NCBI RefSeq assembly: GCF_006345805.1
Contig: NC_043001.1
Coordinates: forward strand, 91,264,001-91,328,000
Reading direction: 5' to 3'
Length of the DNA stretch: 64,000 nt
DNA from: Octopus sinensis
Taxonomy: Eukaryota
Shown here: piece after piece, positions 49,564 to 62,338 of the stretch
How positions within the stretch are numbered: the stretch's first letter is position 1
Layout: every line of letters begins with the position of its first letter
Made by a program: the position numbers and the translations under genes
The notes under the pieces: model-generated
The model's input: only the letters and a program-made list of their open reading frames with translations
What the model was told of the DNA's origin: nothing
The model's database searches: none

Positions 49564-50721
49564 CATATATATATATCTACAAATGTCAGAATGTATGTAT
49601 ATATGGTATCTAGAATATTATCGAACTATAGTAACTTACCTCTCGATACGGTAAAACATTAGAGTCCTCAAGCGCATTTAATATACTCCGTTATTCCGAT
49701 CCTGTTTCGTCGTTGTTCAACTTCTCAATTTTGTTGACGTTTTAGTTTGACTAATATATATGTATCTATCAATTTGTTGTCGATGTTATTTTTTTTTTGT
49801 TTACAATGACTATTATAAATTGTTTAGCCCCAGGTCAGACCTGATTGATCTGAGCCTTAGTCTCTTAATTGTGTTATGTGTGTTGTAGTCGACGTCGTTG
49901 AAGGTTTTAATTTATATTTTGAAACTGAAGTTTTCTGATTTGGAAAAAAAAAGTTTCTAAATCTAATGTGAGTGTGTAAAAGCGTGCCTGCGTGCTTTGT
50001 GAATATTTGCGAATATTCGAGTATGTATATTATTGTGTACAAGTATAAACAACAAAATAATTGTTATACAAGTGGTATGAGCGCGCACGCGCGCGTGTGT
50101 GTGTCTATGTGTGCGTGTGCGTGTGTGTAAGACGAGTCAGGGTGTGAGTAACTCACAAACGAACGTTATTTATTTTGTACATCTGCGAACACATTTGTCC
50201 CGATGTAAAGAGTGTATTTTAAGTAGATGTTGCGATTTCATGTTCGTGTACAATTGACACAGCGTTGCGATTCTTTTTTTTTTTTTATCCTTCTATGTGT
50301 TTACTTAAAACTTGTGTGTGTGTGTGTGTTTGGAGACAACGAGAGAAAGATAGATTAGACTTTCGTTATAATGGTGTTTGTGAACAGTAAAACGACATGA
50401 TAAGCGCAGAAGTAGAAAACTTAGAGGCAATGTATCCAACTAACTTTAAAAAGTCGTCTAATCCACGTCAAATTACAACTATCTCTCTCACTCTCTTTCA
50501 CACATTCTCTATTTGATTTTCTTACCCTCTCTAGCTCGCCCCCACACATTATCTGCATCTGTTTATATATCTCTCTGTCACCCTCTCTCTCTCACTGACT
50601 TCATATCTTTTGCTCCTCACACCATTTTCATGGTCATTCATTTTTACTACACAACCCTGTTTTCTATTTGTTTCTATTTCACTTTTTATGTCCCTCCTAG
50701 TGATTTTTTTCTGGTTTTCTG

Positions 50722-50737
50722 ATCTATCTATCCATCC

Positions 50738-50831
<94 letters not shown>

Positions 50832-50907
50832 TTATCTATCTACCTACTTACCTACCTACCTACCTACCTACCTACCTACCTACCTACCTACCTACCTACC
50901 TACCTAC

Positions 50908-50942
<35 letters not shown>

Positions 50943-50987
50943 CCTACCTACCTACCTACCTACCTACCTACTTACACCCCTACCTAC

Positions 50988-51034
<47 letters not shown>

Positions 51035-51124
51035 CCTACCTACCTACCTACCTACCTACCTACCTATCTATCTATCTATCTATCTATCTATCTCTCTATC
51101 TCTCTATCTATCTATCTACCTATC

Positions 51125-51175
<51 letters not shown>
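50722..51175. repeat. Compound microsatellite (TATC)n/(TACC)n/(CA)n
   Basis: Direct inspection. Confidence 0.95.
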
Positions 51176-51176
<1 letters not shown>

Positions 51177-51427
51177 CGCGACGTCTTGCAGTCTCGTAAT
51201 CAATAAAAGCAACAATAAATAGACAATCGTGAGAGTTGAAAGAGAGAGAAAGAGAGAGAGACAGAAAGAGAGACAGAAAGAGAGAAACAGAGAATGCGCA
51301 AGAAAAAGAAAGCGGCAGTGTGTATATGCGTGTGCAATGTGTTTATGTATGTGCGCGCACTGCAGTGTATTAGCGTGAAGTTGTGGTCCTGTGTATGTGT
51401 ATGAGACAGACAAATACACACACATGT

Positions 51428-51469
<42 letters not shown>

Positions 51470-51701
51470 TCGCGCGCACACAGAGAAGACGCTAATATTT
51501 TTTGTGTCCGATACTCAAGAGTTGCTGGGTCGTGCACATTTTTACCGAACCACAAATCACGCAAGACCGAGTGGAGTAACAGGAATTTCAGCTACTTTAC
51601 AAATAAAATAATTATACTCAACAAATTATGTGAAGTACATTTTCTCTCCTTGAAGGAATCGAAAGACACACACACAAACACGCACACACACACACGGGCG
51701 T

Positions 51702-51739
<38 letters not shown>

Positions 51740-51977
51740 ACATATAATGTTTTTGTTTGTGTTTTCGTTTCTGCGTTCAACGTTTTTTTTTTTTATGTCC
51801 TGTACCCATATATGCATGTATATATACATATATATGTAGGTATGTACATATATGCATGTATATATGCATGTATTTATATATTATTTGTTATATACCTATA
51901 TTTATATATCTACGTTACATACTTTTATACATGTTTATTTATACATACATATATAGATAAATATACACATAGATAGG

Positions 51978-52049
<72 letters not shown>

Positions 52050-52059
52050 CTGATAGATA

Positions 52060-52375
52060 GATAAGTTTCTTTATTGACCACACAGGGCTGCACACAGATG
52101 GGACAAGTTACAAGGTAGAGTTTTTCTTTTGGGGGATGAAAAAAACAAAAAACAAAAGAAAAAAAAGGGGGTGGCGTAAAGGGGAAGAAAAGAACAAAAA
52201 AAAAATAAAATAAAAAAATAAGATAGATAACTTTCTTTATTGGCCACACAGGGCTGAACACAGAGGTGACAAATACAAATGTAGAGCTTTTCTTTTCGAA
52301 GATGGAAAAAGAATAAGGGGGAAAAAAAGGAAACAAATGAAAAATTCCGATCAAAAGGGATCGGGAAAAAAAGAT
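52060..52375 (-). mobile_element. Two tandem LINE-like 3' ends embedded in (GATA)n
   Basis: TTTCTTTATTG(A/G)CCACACAGGGCTG at about 52066 and 52231. GATA repeats on both outer sides and between the two copies. Confidence 0.6.
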
Positions 52376-53299
52376 AGATAGATAGGGAGAAGGGGGAAAA
52401 GGAGAAAAAAGAGGGCGGGAGATACAGAGGCTATTAAGAGACAGAAACGAAGGAATGACAGAGTAGAGGTGGAGTGCATGGGTGACATACTTGGCATGAA
52501 ATGGTGTCTTATGCGGGTATAAACATACGCCAAATCATTACCACGTCAGTCACTCCTGTACACGGAGGCCCGCTTATGCCATGCCGCTTCCCCACGATGT
52601 CTATCTGACACTTGTTGCTGATGTGTTTTCAGACCATGTTTGCTTCAGTCATTGGACTGTGCCCATGCTGGGGCACCGTCTTGAAAGTTTATAGTCGAAC
52701 AAAGTTCGATACATAGTACTTAGCTTTTAAAACTTTGGTACTTTATTCTGTCGATGTCTTAAACCGAACTGCTGAGTTACCGCGACGTAGATAAGCCGAT
52801 AAAGTGGCACACACACACATAAATAAATACACACACACACAACACACACACACACACACAAGTGTGCTACAACTTTGTTGCCTCATACTTTCCAGAAATT
52901 TGGATATTTTTGTATGAAATTTCCACGGCCCGAGTGGCGGGGAGCTATAGTTGAAGACACTTGTCCATGACGCCGCGCACTGGGATTGAACACGAAAGTA
53001 CTTGGTTGCAAAGCGAGCTTCTTAACCACACAGCCATGCTTGAGCTTATGTGTAGAGATTTGTTTTATGGCTAATCCTTGACTATAACAATAAAAACGAA
53101 TGAACTTTTACATCGTCAACATCATCTCCCTTCGTCATCCATTCTGTTCCTACTTCTTTTTACGGTGTCATCTCTTATTAAGTTCCCCTTTATATCTTTT
53201 CCATCTTTACTTTAGCGTTCCCTATTTCACTCTCCCACCTTCTCTTCATATCTGTCTGTTTCCGCTTCTCTCAAATTTTTTACATACCCCTCCAATTTT

Positions 53300-53716
53300 C
53301 TTTCTTTTTCCCTTTTTAATCTCTTACCTTTTATCCCCCTGCTCCGTTTTCTTGCCCCCTTCTCTTTCTCCTCTCCTTTTTCTTTGATACTTTTCTAGCC
53401 TTTCTTCTCTTCTCCCATTATGAACATCTCTTTCTTTTCCTGTTTCACTCTTTCTCCACATCTCAAATTCACTATCTTTAGCTATGTGGTTTTCTTCCTT
53501 CTCCATTTCTCTTCCTGCCCTCCTACACTGACCTTTCTTTTTTTCCTTCTTTCTTTCTTTCCATCCTGCCTCCTTTCTCACTTTCTTTCGGTTTCTTTCT
53601 TTCTTTCCCTCTTTCTTTCTTTTCTTTCTTTCTTTCATTCCCTCCCTCTTTCATTCATTCTTTATTTCTTTCTTTCTTTATTTCCCTTCCATCTTTCTTT
53701 CTTCCTTTCCCTTTCC

Positions 53717-53752
<36 letters not shown>

Positions 53753-53802
53753 TTTCTTTCTTTCTATTTTCTCTTTCTCTCTTTCCTCTTTCTTTCTCTT
53801 CT

Positions 53803-53849
<47 letters not shown>

Positions 53850-53873
53850 CTCTTTCCTCTTTCTTTCTTTCCT

Positions 53874-53914
<41 letters not shown>

Positions 53915-54260
53915 TCTTCTCTTCTCTCTTACTCTTCATCTACCCCACCTCCCAAATTCTCTATGAACCATTATCTCTTCGTGTTTCTCTTCCTAATCAC
54001 TTTTTTTTTGTTCACTACTCTCTTCTCTTCCTCTCTGTCTCTTTCTCCGCCTCACTCTGTCTGTCTGTCTATCTGTATCCCTCTCTCTCTCACACACACG
54101 CACAAACATACTCTCCCACCCCCTCTCTCTCTGCTCTCTACCTCGCAACTTATTTCCCCTTCTATTCTGTTACGCTTTCTTTCACTCTCTCTTCCTCTCA
54201 GCTGTTCATAAACGTGCCCCTCTCTTCATTCTCTTCAGTCTTTCTACTTTCTCACGTTTT
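53300..54260. repeat. Polypyrimidine/(TTTC)n low-complexity tract
   Basis: Direct inspection. The 263-aa F/L/S ORF here is an artefact. Confidence 0.9.
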
Positions 54261-54612
54261 TCACTCAACAGTTCAAACTGTCAATCTCTCTTTCAATCTT
54301 CTGTTTCTTTAATAACTTTCTGGAATAACAGAGACAACTTCAAGCTTCCCCTCTCACACCACACACCACACACACACACACACATACACACACACGCGCG
54401 CACACACACCACACACCTCATATCTTCACACCACTGTTAGATACTCCCCCCCTCTACATTTTCATTCTCCTCCCTACACTCCCTCTCTCACGCCTTCTTT
54501 CTTTCTTTCTTTCTTTCTTTCCTTCTCTTTTCACTGTCTCTTTTTTTATTTTTTCACAACACTTTTACCCATCACAATTATCGCCATGGTCTGCAATACA
54601 TTACCAATTATT

Positions 54613-54613
54613 T

Positions 54614-54650
<37 letters not shown>

Positions 54651-54820
54651 CAGTGGTTTTGGTGTTAGCAGTTATACTAGTGTTGGAAATGGTGGTAGCG
54701 GCGGTTGTTTTGGTGGTAGTAGTACTAGTACTGGTGACAGTAGTGGTAGTAGTAGTAGTAGTAGAAGTAGTTAGTAGTAGTAGTAGTAGTTATAGTAGTA
54801 GTAGTTGTAGTAGTAGTATT
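54613..54820. repeat. Degenerate (AGT)/(GGT)n trinucleotide repeat
   Basis: Direct inspection. Confidence 0.9.
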
Positions 54821-55479
54821 TTTTTTTTTTTATGTACTTGTCTTTGTTAAGTGTTATGACTGACCTATTTGAATTTCAAAAACAAAAAAGAAACTAGATG
54901 GAAGCGAGGTGGGTGGATGAAGAGTGATAAAGCAAATTTGCATATTTGAGTGTGTATGTGTGCGTGTATGCATACGTGTGTACGCGTGCGCATGTGTAAG
55001 GGGGCGGAGGTGACAGAGAGATATGAAAGAGAGAGGGGATAGAGAGAGGTAGGGAGAGATTGACGTCGAATTGGATAAAGAAAATATAAATAGACAAGGG
55101 AAGAGATAAATTTGAAAAGAATATAAAATAATTTGTAAAAAAAAGTAACAAAACTATTTGAAAAGAGCCATAAAATCTATGTACGCATGTGTGCACCTAC
55201 ATACATGTACATACACGCACATACACTCATACATACACATAAAGAAGGTAGATAGATAATGAGATAAGGTAGATGGGTAGATTGATAGATGGATGAGTAG
55301 ATAGACAGACAGACAGATAGATGAAATAGTTTTTTTTTTCTCCAAGTTTTGGTACAAGGCCTGTAGTTTTAAGATGTAGAAGTCGATTACATCGACCCCA
55401 GTGTTCAATTGGTAATTGTTTTATTGACCCTAAAAGGATGAATGGTAAAGTCTACCTCGACGGTATTTGAAGTCAGAAG

Positions 55480-55715
55480 GTGGCGAGCCGGCAGAAACGT
55501 TAGCACGCCGGGCGAAATGTTTAGCGGTATTTTGTCTGTCTTTACGTTGTGAGTTCAAATTCCGCCGAGGTCGACTTTGCCTTTCATCCTTTCGGGGTCG
55601 ATTAAATAAGTACCAGTTACGCACTGGAGTCGATATAATCGACTTGATACCAATGTCTGTCCTTGTTTGTCCCTTCTATGTTTAGCTCCTTGTGGGTAAT
55701 AAAGAATTAGGTATT
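55480..55715 (+). mobile_element. Family-B SINE, full length, opposite orientation to the arrays
   Basis: GGCGAGCCGGCAGAAACGTTAGC..GAGTTCAAATTCCGCCGAGG..GTGGGTAATAAAGAATTAGGT. Confidence 0.9.
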
Positions 55716-55739
55716 TGAAGTCAGAACGTAAAAGGGTAA

Positions 55740-56324
55740 AACCCCGCTTCGGTCATGAATGACCATGAGCGCTTCAGGGTTGGCGAAAGCGATGTGGGGG
55801 ACAACGAAAAACCTGGCTGATGACAGTCAAGGCTGATCTGGACCCCAATCTAGGTCCCCATGTCTACGGCGTTCGCCGCTGGAATAAAGAGTGTTTGGGG
55901 ATCACGCGGTCGTTAGCCTCAAATCGCCAGGCCTGGTCGGCGTTTGTGAGAGATGTAGCATTGAAGATGAATGAAGCCAACTCAACACACCCCGGGTGAA
56001 TGCTGTCTCAAGACAAGAAGAGGAAGATGGGATTGCACCTAGAATGTTCCCCACCGTGGCACAAGTCCGGAGAAGGTTGTTTATGGAAGACCAGCACTCG
56101 TCCATGCATACCGGCCTCCCCTGTCCATGCCACAAGTGTTATTCAAGGGAAAGGCAAAAGCCGATACAGCTTGGCACCAGTGACGTCATAACTCATTTCT
56201 ACAGCTGAGTGAACTGGAGCAATGTGAAATAAAGTGTCTTGCTCAAGAACACAAAACGCTGTCCAATCCGGGAATCGAACTCACTACCTCATGATTGTGA
56301 GCCCGACGCTCTAACCACTGAGCC
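55740..56324 (-). mobile_element. Family-D SINE interrupted by an RTE fragment
   Basis: The GACCATG|GGATTGCACC motif of the tail (cf. 12630-12650) is split by 55768-56026. Confidence 0.8.
55768..56026 (+). mobile_element. 5'-truncated RTE-type LINE 3' end
   Basis: KTWLMTVKADLDPNLGPHVYGVRRWNKE..LASNRQAWSAFVRDV..STHPG. Purine-rich CAAGA/GAAG tail. ATG duplicated at 55765 and 56027. Confidence 0.75.
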
Positions 56325-56589
56325 TGAAGAAATGTAGCTAGATATTTTTGCCCGATGTGTTAGCGATTCTGCTAGTTCGCCACCTTATATACATAATATA
56401 TTAGATAAATAGCCAAAGGTAGATTGACTGATGGGTGACGGGTCGGGGAGATGCATGCATGACTGACTGGCTGGCTGGTTGGCTGGACAGCTGGACGGAT
56501 GGATGGACGGCCATTGGTAGAGAGAAATGCATCGTATGATTGACGAGGGTAGGTAGGTAGCGGGAGAGAGAGAGGGAGAAGGAAAATAG

Positions 56590-56625
<36 letters not shown>

Positions 56626-56947
56626 GAGAGACAGAGAGACAGAGACTGAGTGAGTGAGGGAGTGAGTAAGATAAATGAAGTTATGGTTCTTTTCTCAATC
56701 TTAACTCTTGAAGAAAAATTCTTCTCTCAAAATATTATAACTATATCAAGGAATTTCCAAAATATTCCAAATATATATATATATATATATATTATATATT
56801 ATATATATATATATATATATTATATATGATATGTATGTATGTTGTCTGATGTATGTATGTATTTATGTATGTATATATTGATAGAAATGGCAAGACAACA
56901 AAAGAATGAAAGAGACCTCGATATTATGTAAATAGAGGAATTTATCT

Positions 56948-57155
56948 GTAAATATAATATGTGACAATTATTTGGTAGCCATGATAAAACTCCGACTTTC
57001 GGATGTCGGGGCAGAAACCCACGCTTCAGTTATCGGGCCACCGAAAAAAATGATGTCCCGATAACTGAAGAGATGCTGGCGTGGATTTCCGCCCCGTCAT
57101 CCGAAACTCGGAGTTTTATCATGGCTACCGAATAATTGTCACATATTATATTTAC
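56948..57155. repeat. About 210-bp fold-back, a probable inverted Penelope terminal repeat
   Basis: 77-bp arms 56948-57024 / 57079-57155 with 5 mismatches. Inner perfect 13-bp arms 57025-57037 / 57057-57069. Confidence 0.9.
57060..57120 (+). ncRNA. Type I hammerhead ribozyme, Penelope-type (dimer-prone)
   Basis: Stem I GAUAA (57060-64) / UUAUC (57116-20); core CUGAAGA (57065-71); stem II GAUG..CAUC with one extra C; GAAA (57103-06); stem III ACUC-G-GAGU; GUU triplet, cut predicted after 57115. Confidence 0.7.
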
Positions 57156-57182
57156 GGACCACACACATACACACACACACAC

Positions 57183-57287
<105 letters not shown>

Positions 57288-57448
57288 GATATATACGTAC
57301 ACGCACACACACATGAGATAGAAAAGCTTCCCAGCGGGGAGTTGAACGGGGAGGGATACTTACAACTATCGTACCGAGTAGTAAATATCCTTGCCTGTTA
57401 CGCGGCAGACTGGGACTAGATTCCTCGTCATGGTGTCATTTCTATTTT

Positions 57449-57497
<49 letters not shown>

Positions 57498-57736
57498 ACA
57501 CATACAGAACAAATATCAAAGAATGGAGCTCCTAAATAAGTTTAATACATTATGCATAATCTTTTCATCATTATCCCATCTAATCAATCTTGCATCAAGT
57601 TGTAAGCACGTTGGTAACTATTAATTACCACGTGGCACACAGGTATTCTTTTGTTGCACAAATAGATGATTTCTAACATACATACATACATACATACATA
57701 CATACATACATACATACATACATACATACGTGTGTG

Positions 57737-57787
<51 letters not shown>

Positions 57788-58159
57788 GTGTGTGTGATAC
57801 AAATACACACCGCGAAAACATCGTCCATATAATTTTCGTGAGGTTGAGCGTTGAAGTACCTATTTCCTTACTACCCACAAGGGGCTAAACATAGAGAGGA
57901 CAAACAAGGACAGACAAACGGATTAAGTCGGAAACTTAGTGACTGGTACTTAATTTATCAACCCCGAAAGGATGAAAGGCACAGTCGACTTCGGCGGAAT
58001 TTGAACTCAGAACGTAACGGCAGACGAAATACGGCTACGAGTACTGATCAATATGATACACAGTACTCAGCTCCGTCATTGAATGAAACTAAACTACATC
58101 TCGATGAATACCTGGAGACCTTAAATCATCAAAAGGTCTTTTTTCTTTTTCTTTTTTTC

Positions 58160-58377
58160 CTTTTACTTGTTTCAGTCATTTGTTTGCGGCCATGCTGGAG
58201 CACCGCCTTTAGTCGAGCAAATTGACCCAAGAGCTTATTCTTTGCAAGTCTAGTACTTATTCTATCGGTCTCTTTTTTCGAACCGCTAAGTTACGGGGAC
58301 ATAAACACACCAGCATCGGTTGTCAAGCGATGTTGGGGCGAAACAGACACACAAACACACGCACACACACACACACA

Positions 58378-58421
<44 letters not shown>

Positions 58422-58610
58422 ACACACACACATATACATATATACGACAGGCTTCTTTCAGTTTCTGTCTACCAAATCCACTCACAAGGCTTTGGTCGAC
58501 CCGAGGCTATAGTAGAAGACAATTGCCCAAGGTACCACGCAGTGGGACTGAACCCGGAACCATGTGGTTGGTAAGCAAGCTACTTACCACACAGCCACTT
58601 CTGCGCCTAT
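58160..58610 (-). mobile_element. Family-A SINE
   Basis: Full reverse-complement match. Further copies at 52630-53040, 60920-61468 and 61660-61830. Confidence 0.9.
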
Positions 58611-58653
58611 AATCGATTGTGTTTATCTGCATTATATATTTTAAAAACTTCAT

Positions 58654-58770
58654 TTACGCAGCCATATCAGGGTTGAAAGCATCGGTTCTCGCTCGATCAC
58701 TGAAATTAAGCAACATCGGGTCTTAGTACTTAGATGGTTGACCGCTTCGGAAACTTAGGTTCTGTGCGCA
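58654..58770 (+). pseudogene. 5S rRNA-derived copy (pseudogene or SINE3-like head)
   Basis: GCCATATCAGGGTTGAAAGCATCGGTTCTCGCTCGATCACTGAAATTAAGCAACATCGGGTCTTAGTACTTAGATGGTTGACCGC..GGTTCTGTGCGC aligns end to end with recalled metazoan 5S, with many substitutions and a ~3-nt deletion. TTTT about 8 nt downstream. Confidence 0.85.
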
Positions 58771-58810
58771 GCTCATATTTTATAGGCGCAGGCACGCCTG
58801 TATAGTAAGA

Positions 58811-59720
58811 AGATTGGCAGAGATAGAGTGAGATTGGCAGAGATTGGCGGAGATTGGCGGAGATTGGCGGAGAAAGGCAGAGATTGGTGGAAATAGGCAG
58901 AATAGCATTTTCGGAGATTTCCCAATAATGATGGGTGTTAAAACACCTGGGAGAGAATGAGATAGAGTGAGATAGGCGGAGATAGAGTGAGATTGGCGGA
59001 GATAGAGTGAGATTGGCGGAAATAGGCGGGGATAAAGTGAGATTGGCGGAAATAGGCGGAGATAGAGTGAGATTGGCGGTGTTTGCCGGAGATTGCCGGA
59101 GTTTACCGGAGTTTGCCGGAGATAGCTGGAGATAGCCGGATATAGACGGAGATTGTCGGAGATAGCCGGAGATATTCGGAGATTGGCGGAATAGCATTTT
59201 GGGAGATTTCCCAATAATGCTGGGTGTGAAAACACCTGGGGGAGAGAGAGATAGAGTGAGATAGGCGGAGATAGAGTGAGATAGACGGAAATAGGCGGAG
59301 ATTGGCGGAGTTTTCCGGAGATTGCCGGAGATTGCCGGAGTTTGGTGAAAATCCCGCAGATTACCGGAGTTTGTCGGAGATTGCCGGTGAATGCCGGAGA
59401 ATGCCGGAGTTTGCCGGAGATGGCCGGATATTACCGGAGATTACGGAGATTGCCGGAGAGAGCCGGAGGTAACCGTAGATTGGCGGAATAGCATTTTGCA
59501 AGATTTCCCAATAATGCTGGGTGTTAAAACACCTGGGAGAGCGTGAGATAGAGTGAGATAGAGTGAGATAGGCGGAGATAGAATGAGATATGAGATAGAG
59601 TGAGAGTGGCGTAGTTTGCCGGAGATTGCCGGAGTTTGCCGGAGATAGAGTGAGATAGGCGAAGATAGAGTGAGATGGGTGGAGATAAAGTGAGATAGGC
59701 GGAGATAGGCAGAGATAGAG
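58811..59720. repeat. 10-bp satellite (GAGATTGGCG / GAGATAGAGT / GAGATTGCCG) with a ~290-300-bp higher-order repeat
   Basis: A ~55-bp spacer AATAGCATTTT..CCCAATAATG.TGGGTGTTAAAACACCTGGG recurs at 58901, 59190 and 59487. Confidence 0.9.
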
Positions 59721-59840
59721 TTAGGGTTATGGTTAGGGTTAGGTGTTAGGGTTAGGGTTAGGGTTAGGGTTAGGGTTAGGGTAAGTGTTAGTGTTAGGGT
59801 TAGGGTTAGTGTTAGAGATAGGGTTAGGGTTAGGGTTAGG
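59721..59840 (+). repeat. Interstitial telomeric (TTAGGG)n array with variant units
   Basis: About 20 hexamers including TTATGG, TTAGTG and TAAGTG variants. Directly fused to the satellite. Confidence 0.9.
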
Positions 59841-60211
59841 TTTTGTGTGTGTTTTAAGTGAAATAGACCGACTTATACACATTGGGCTCCGCGCCAAGAG
59901 AGGGCCTAGCGCAAACGCTTGAGCGGAGGACGTTATGAATTTTTAATATATCATTGTGGTTATTAGTGGAATTTCAAACCGTCGATGCTTTTTGGGTGAG
60001 ACTGGCGATTTGATGATGAAAATAACTGAGAAACTCGGAGTAAGTTTAGTGAAGGTTTTGGCTTTTAATAAATATAATCCAGTGGGAAATTCTATATTTT
60101 CAGTCGCTTAAACGCTGTGGAAACTGAGGGCCTTTGGATCGGAACACACTCTAGCTTGCTTCAACTTCTTTTTAGATAAACAGGTTATCAAGCAGACAGG
60201 TAACTTCAATA

Positions 60212-60258
<47 letters not shown>

Positions 60259-60355
60259 TATATACATACAGACAACATACATACACACACCATACAACAC
60301 ATACACACAACACACACAACACCACACAACACACACACACACCACACATATATAT

Positions 60356-60411
<56 letters not shown>

Positions 60412-60415
60412 TAAG

Positions 60416-60463
<48 letters not shown>

Positions 60464-62149
60464 AACAGAGTGGGAAAGATAAAATGATTGAGTTTATGAG
60501 TGTGTTGGTCAATAGGTGAGAGAGAAGAAACGGAGATATTTGATGAGGTAGAGAGAGAGAAAGAGAGTATGTGAGTGAGAAATAGAATGAAGCCGTTTTG
60601 GACGAAGAAAATAGGATGAATAAATATTTTATCTGTAAATGTGTGCGCATACCAACGTGTTTCTGTTTGCATGTTTATGTTTATTCATAAGTAAATTACA
60701 AGGGAAACCAGCATTGTGGCAACCGTAAGAAAAGAAGGAAAAAACGTACAACGAAAGATAACGGAATATATCCACAGTCGCCATTAGATTAACTCAGCAA
60801 CAGACCCAACTCTATGAATGGTAGACTTAATGTGGCGCCCAGTTTAACACTCTCACCGTCTGGCTCTTGGATGCCTTTGGTAAGCATTTGTGTTCCTTTT
60901 ATCTTTTTTTATTTTTTTATTTCTTTCAGTCATTGGAGTGCGGCTATGCTAGGACACCACATTTAAGGGTTTACTCGCAATAATCGACCCCAGTACATTT
61001 TTTGTAAGTTTGGAACTTCTATCGGTCTTTTTTTTTTTTTGCTAAACCGCCAGGGACTCTCTTTTACTCTTTTACTTGTTTCAGTCATTTGACTGCGGTC
61101 ATGCTGGAGCACCGCCATTAGTCGAGCTAATCGACCCCATGACTTATTCTTTGTAAGCCTAGTACTTATTCTATCGGTCTCTTTTGCCGAACTGCTAAGT
61201 TACGGGGACGTAAACACACCAGCATCGGTTGTCAAGCGATGTTGGGGGAACAAACACAGACACACAAACACACACATACATACATATATATATATACATA
61301 TATAGGACGGGCTGCTTTCAGCTTCCGTGTACCAAATCCACTCACAAGGCTTTAATCGGCCAGAGGCTATAGTAGAAGACACTTGCCCAAGGTGCCACGC
61401 AGTGGGACTGAACCCAGAACCATGTGGTTGGTAAGCAAACTAGTTACCACACAGCCACTCCTGCGCCTAACTAACCAACACCAGTTGTCAAGCTGTAAGG
61501 AGAACAAACACAAACAGGAAGATAGATGCATATGTACATTAATACATACACACACGCATACATGTATGTGTTTAGTGTGTATGTGTGTGTGTGTGGTGTG
61601 TGTGTGTGTGGTGTGTGTGTGTGTGTGTGTGTGTTTATATACAGCCACACACACATACACATATACGAGGAGCTTCTTTCAATTTCCGTCTATAAAATCT
61701 ACTCACAAAGCTTTGGTCGGCTCGAGGTTATATTAGAAGGTACTTGCCCAAAAGCTGCTCTTGGGACTGAAATCAATACCTTATAGTTGAATCAAGCTTT
61801 TTAACCACATAGCCGCGCCTGAGCCTATTATTACTACGCCTGTACCGATTTGAGGACACGTTCCTTCTTTCTTTCTTCCCATCTGTCTCGGAAGTTCAGT
61901 AAAGTGTCAGCAAACCCTCTATTTTACTGAGCTCAGATAGAGTTACAACTGGACGAGAGTTATCGAGAAACGGCTTTGAAAACGATACGATTCGAAATTG
62001 GAAATGTGGTGAAGCAGGAATGCTCAGCGATTAAAACAGCAAGGGTTGAATGCATGATTTACAGCAGGCGTTTTCCAATCAGTGAGTCACGGATATATGT
62101 TTTGAGGGGAAGAGCAATAGTCAACACAATCAACCCAGGGGTAATTGTA

Positions 62150-62305
62150 TGATACTATGTTCTAGTGACCCTAGAATAATGAAAGGAAAATTGACCCTGA
62201 TGGAATCTGATCTCAGAATGTAAAGAGTCAAAAGAAACACAGCAAAGCATTTTTCCGACGCTCTGACGATTCTGCCTAATAATAATAATAATAATAATAA
62301 TATAA

Positions 62306-62338
<33 letters not shown>

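Noticed and set aside
58811-59720. CRISPR-like or coding interpretation of the periodic block (ORFs 58730-59235)
   Set aside because: The 'spacers' are themselves decamer repeats, there are no cas genes, and the context is eukaryotic, so it is a satellite.
59721-59840. True chromosome end
   Set aside because: The array is short and degenerate and is followed by more than 4 kb of ordinary sequence.
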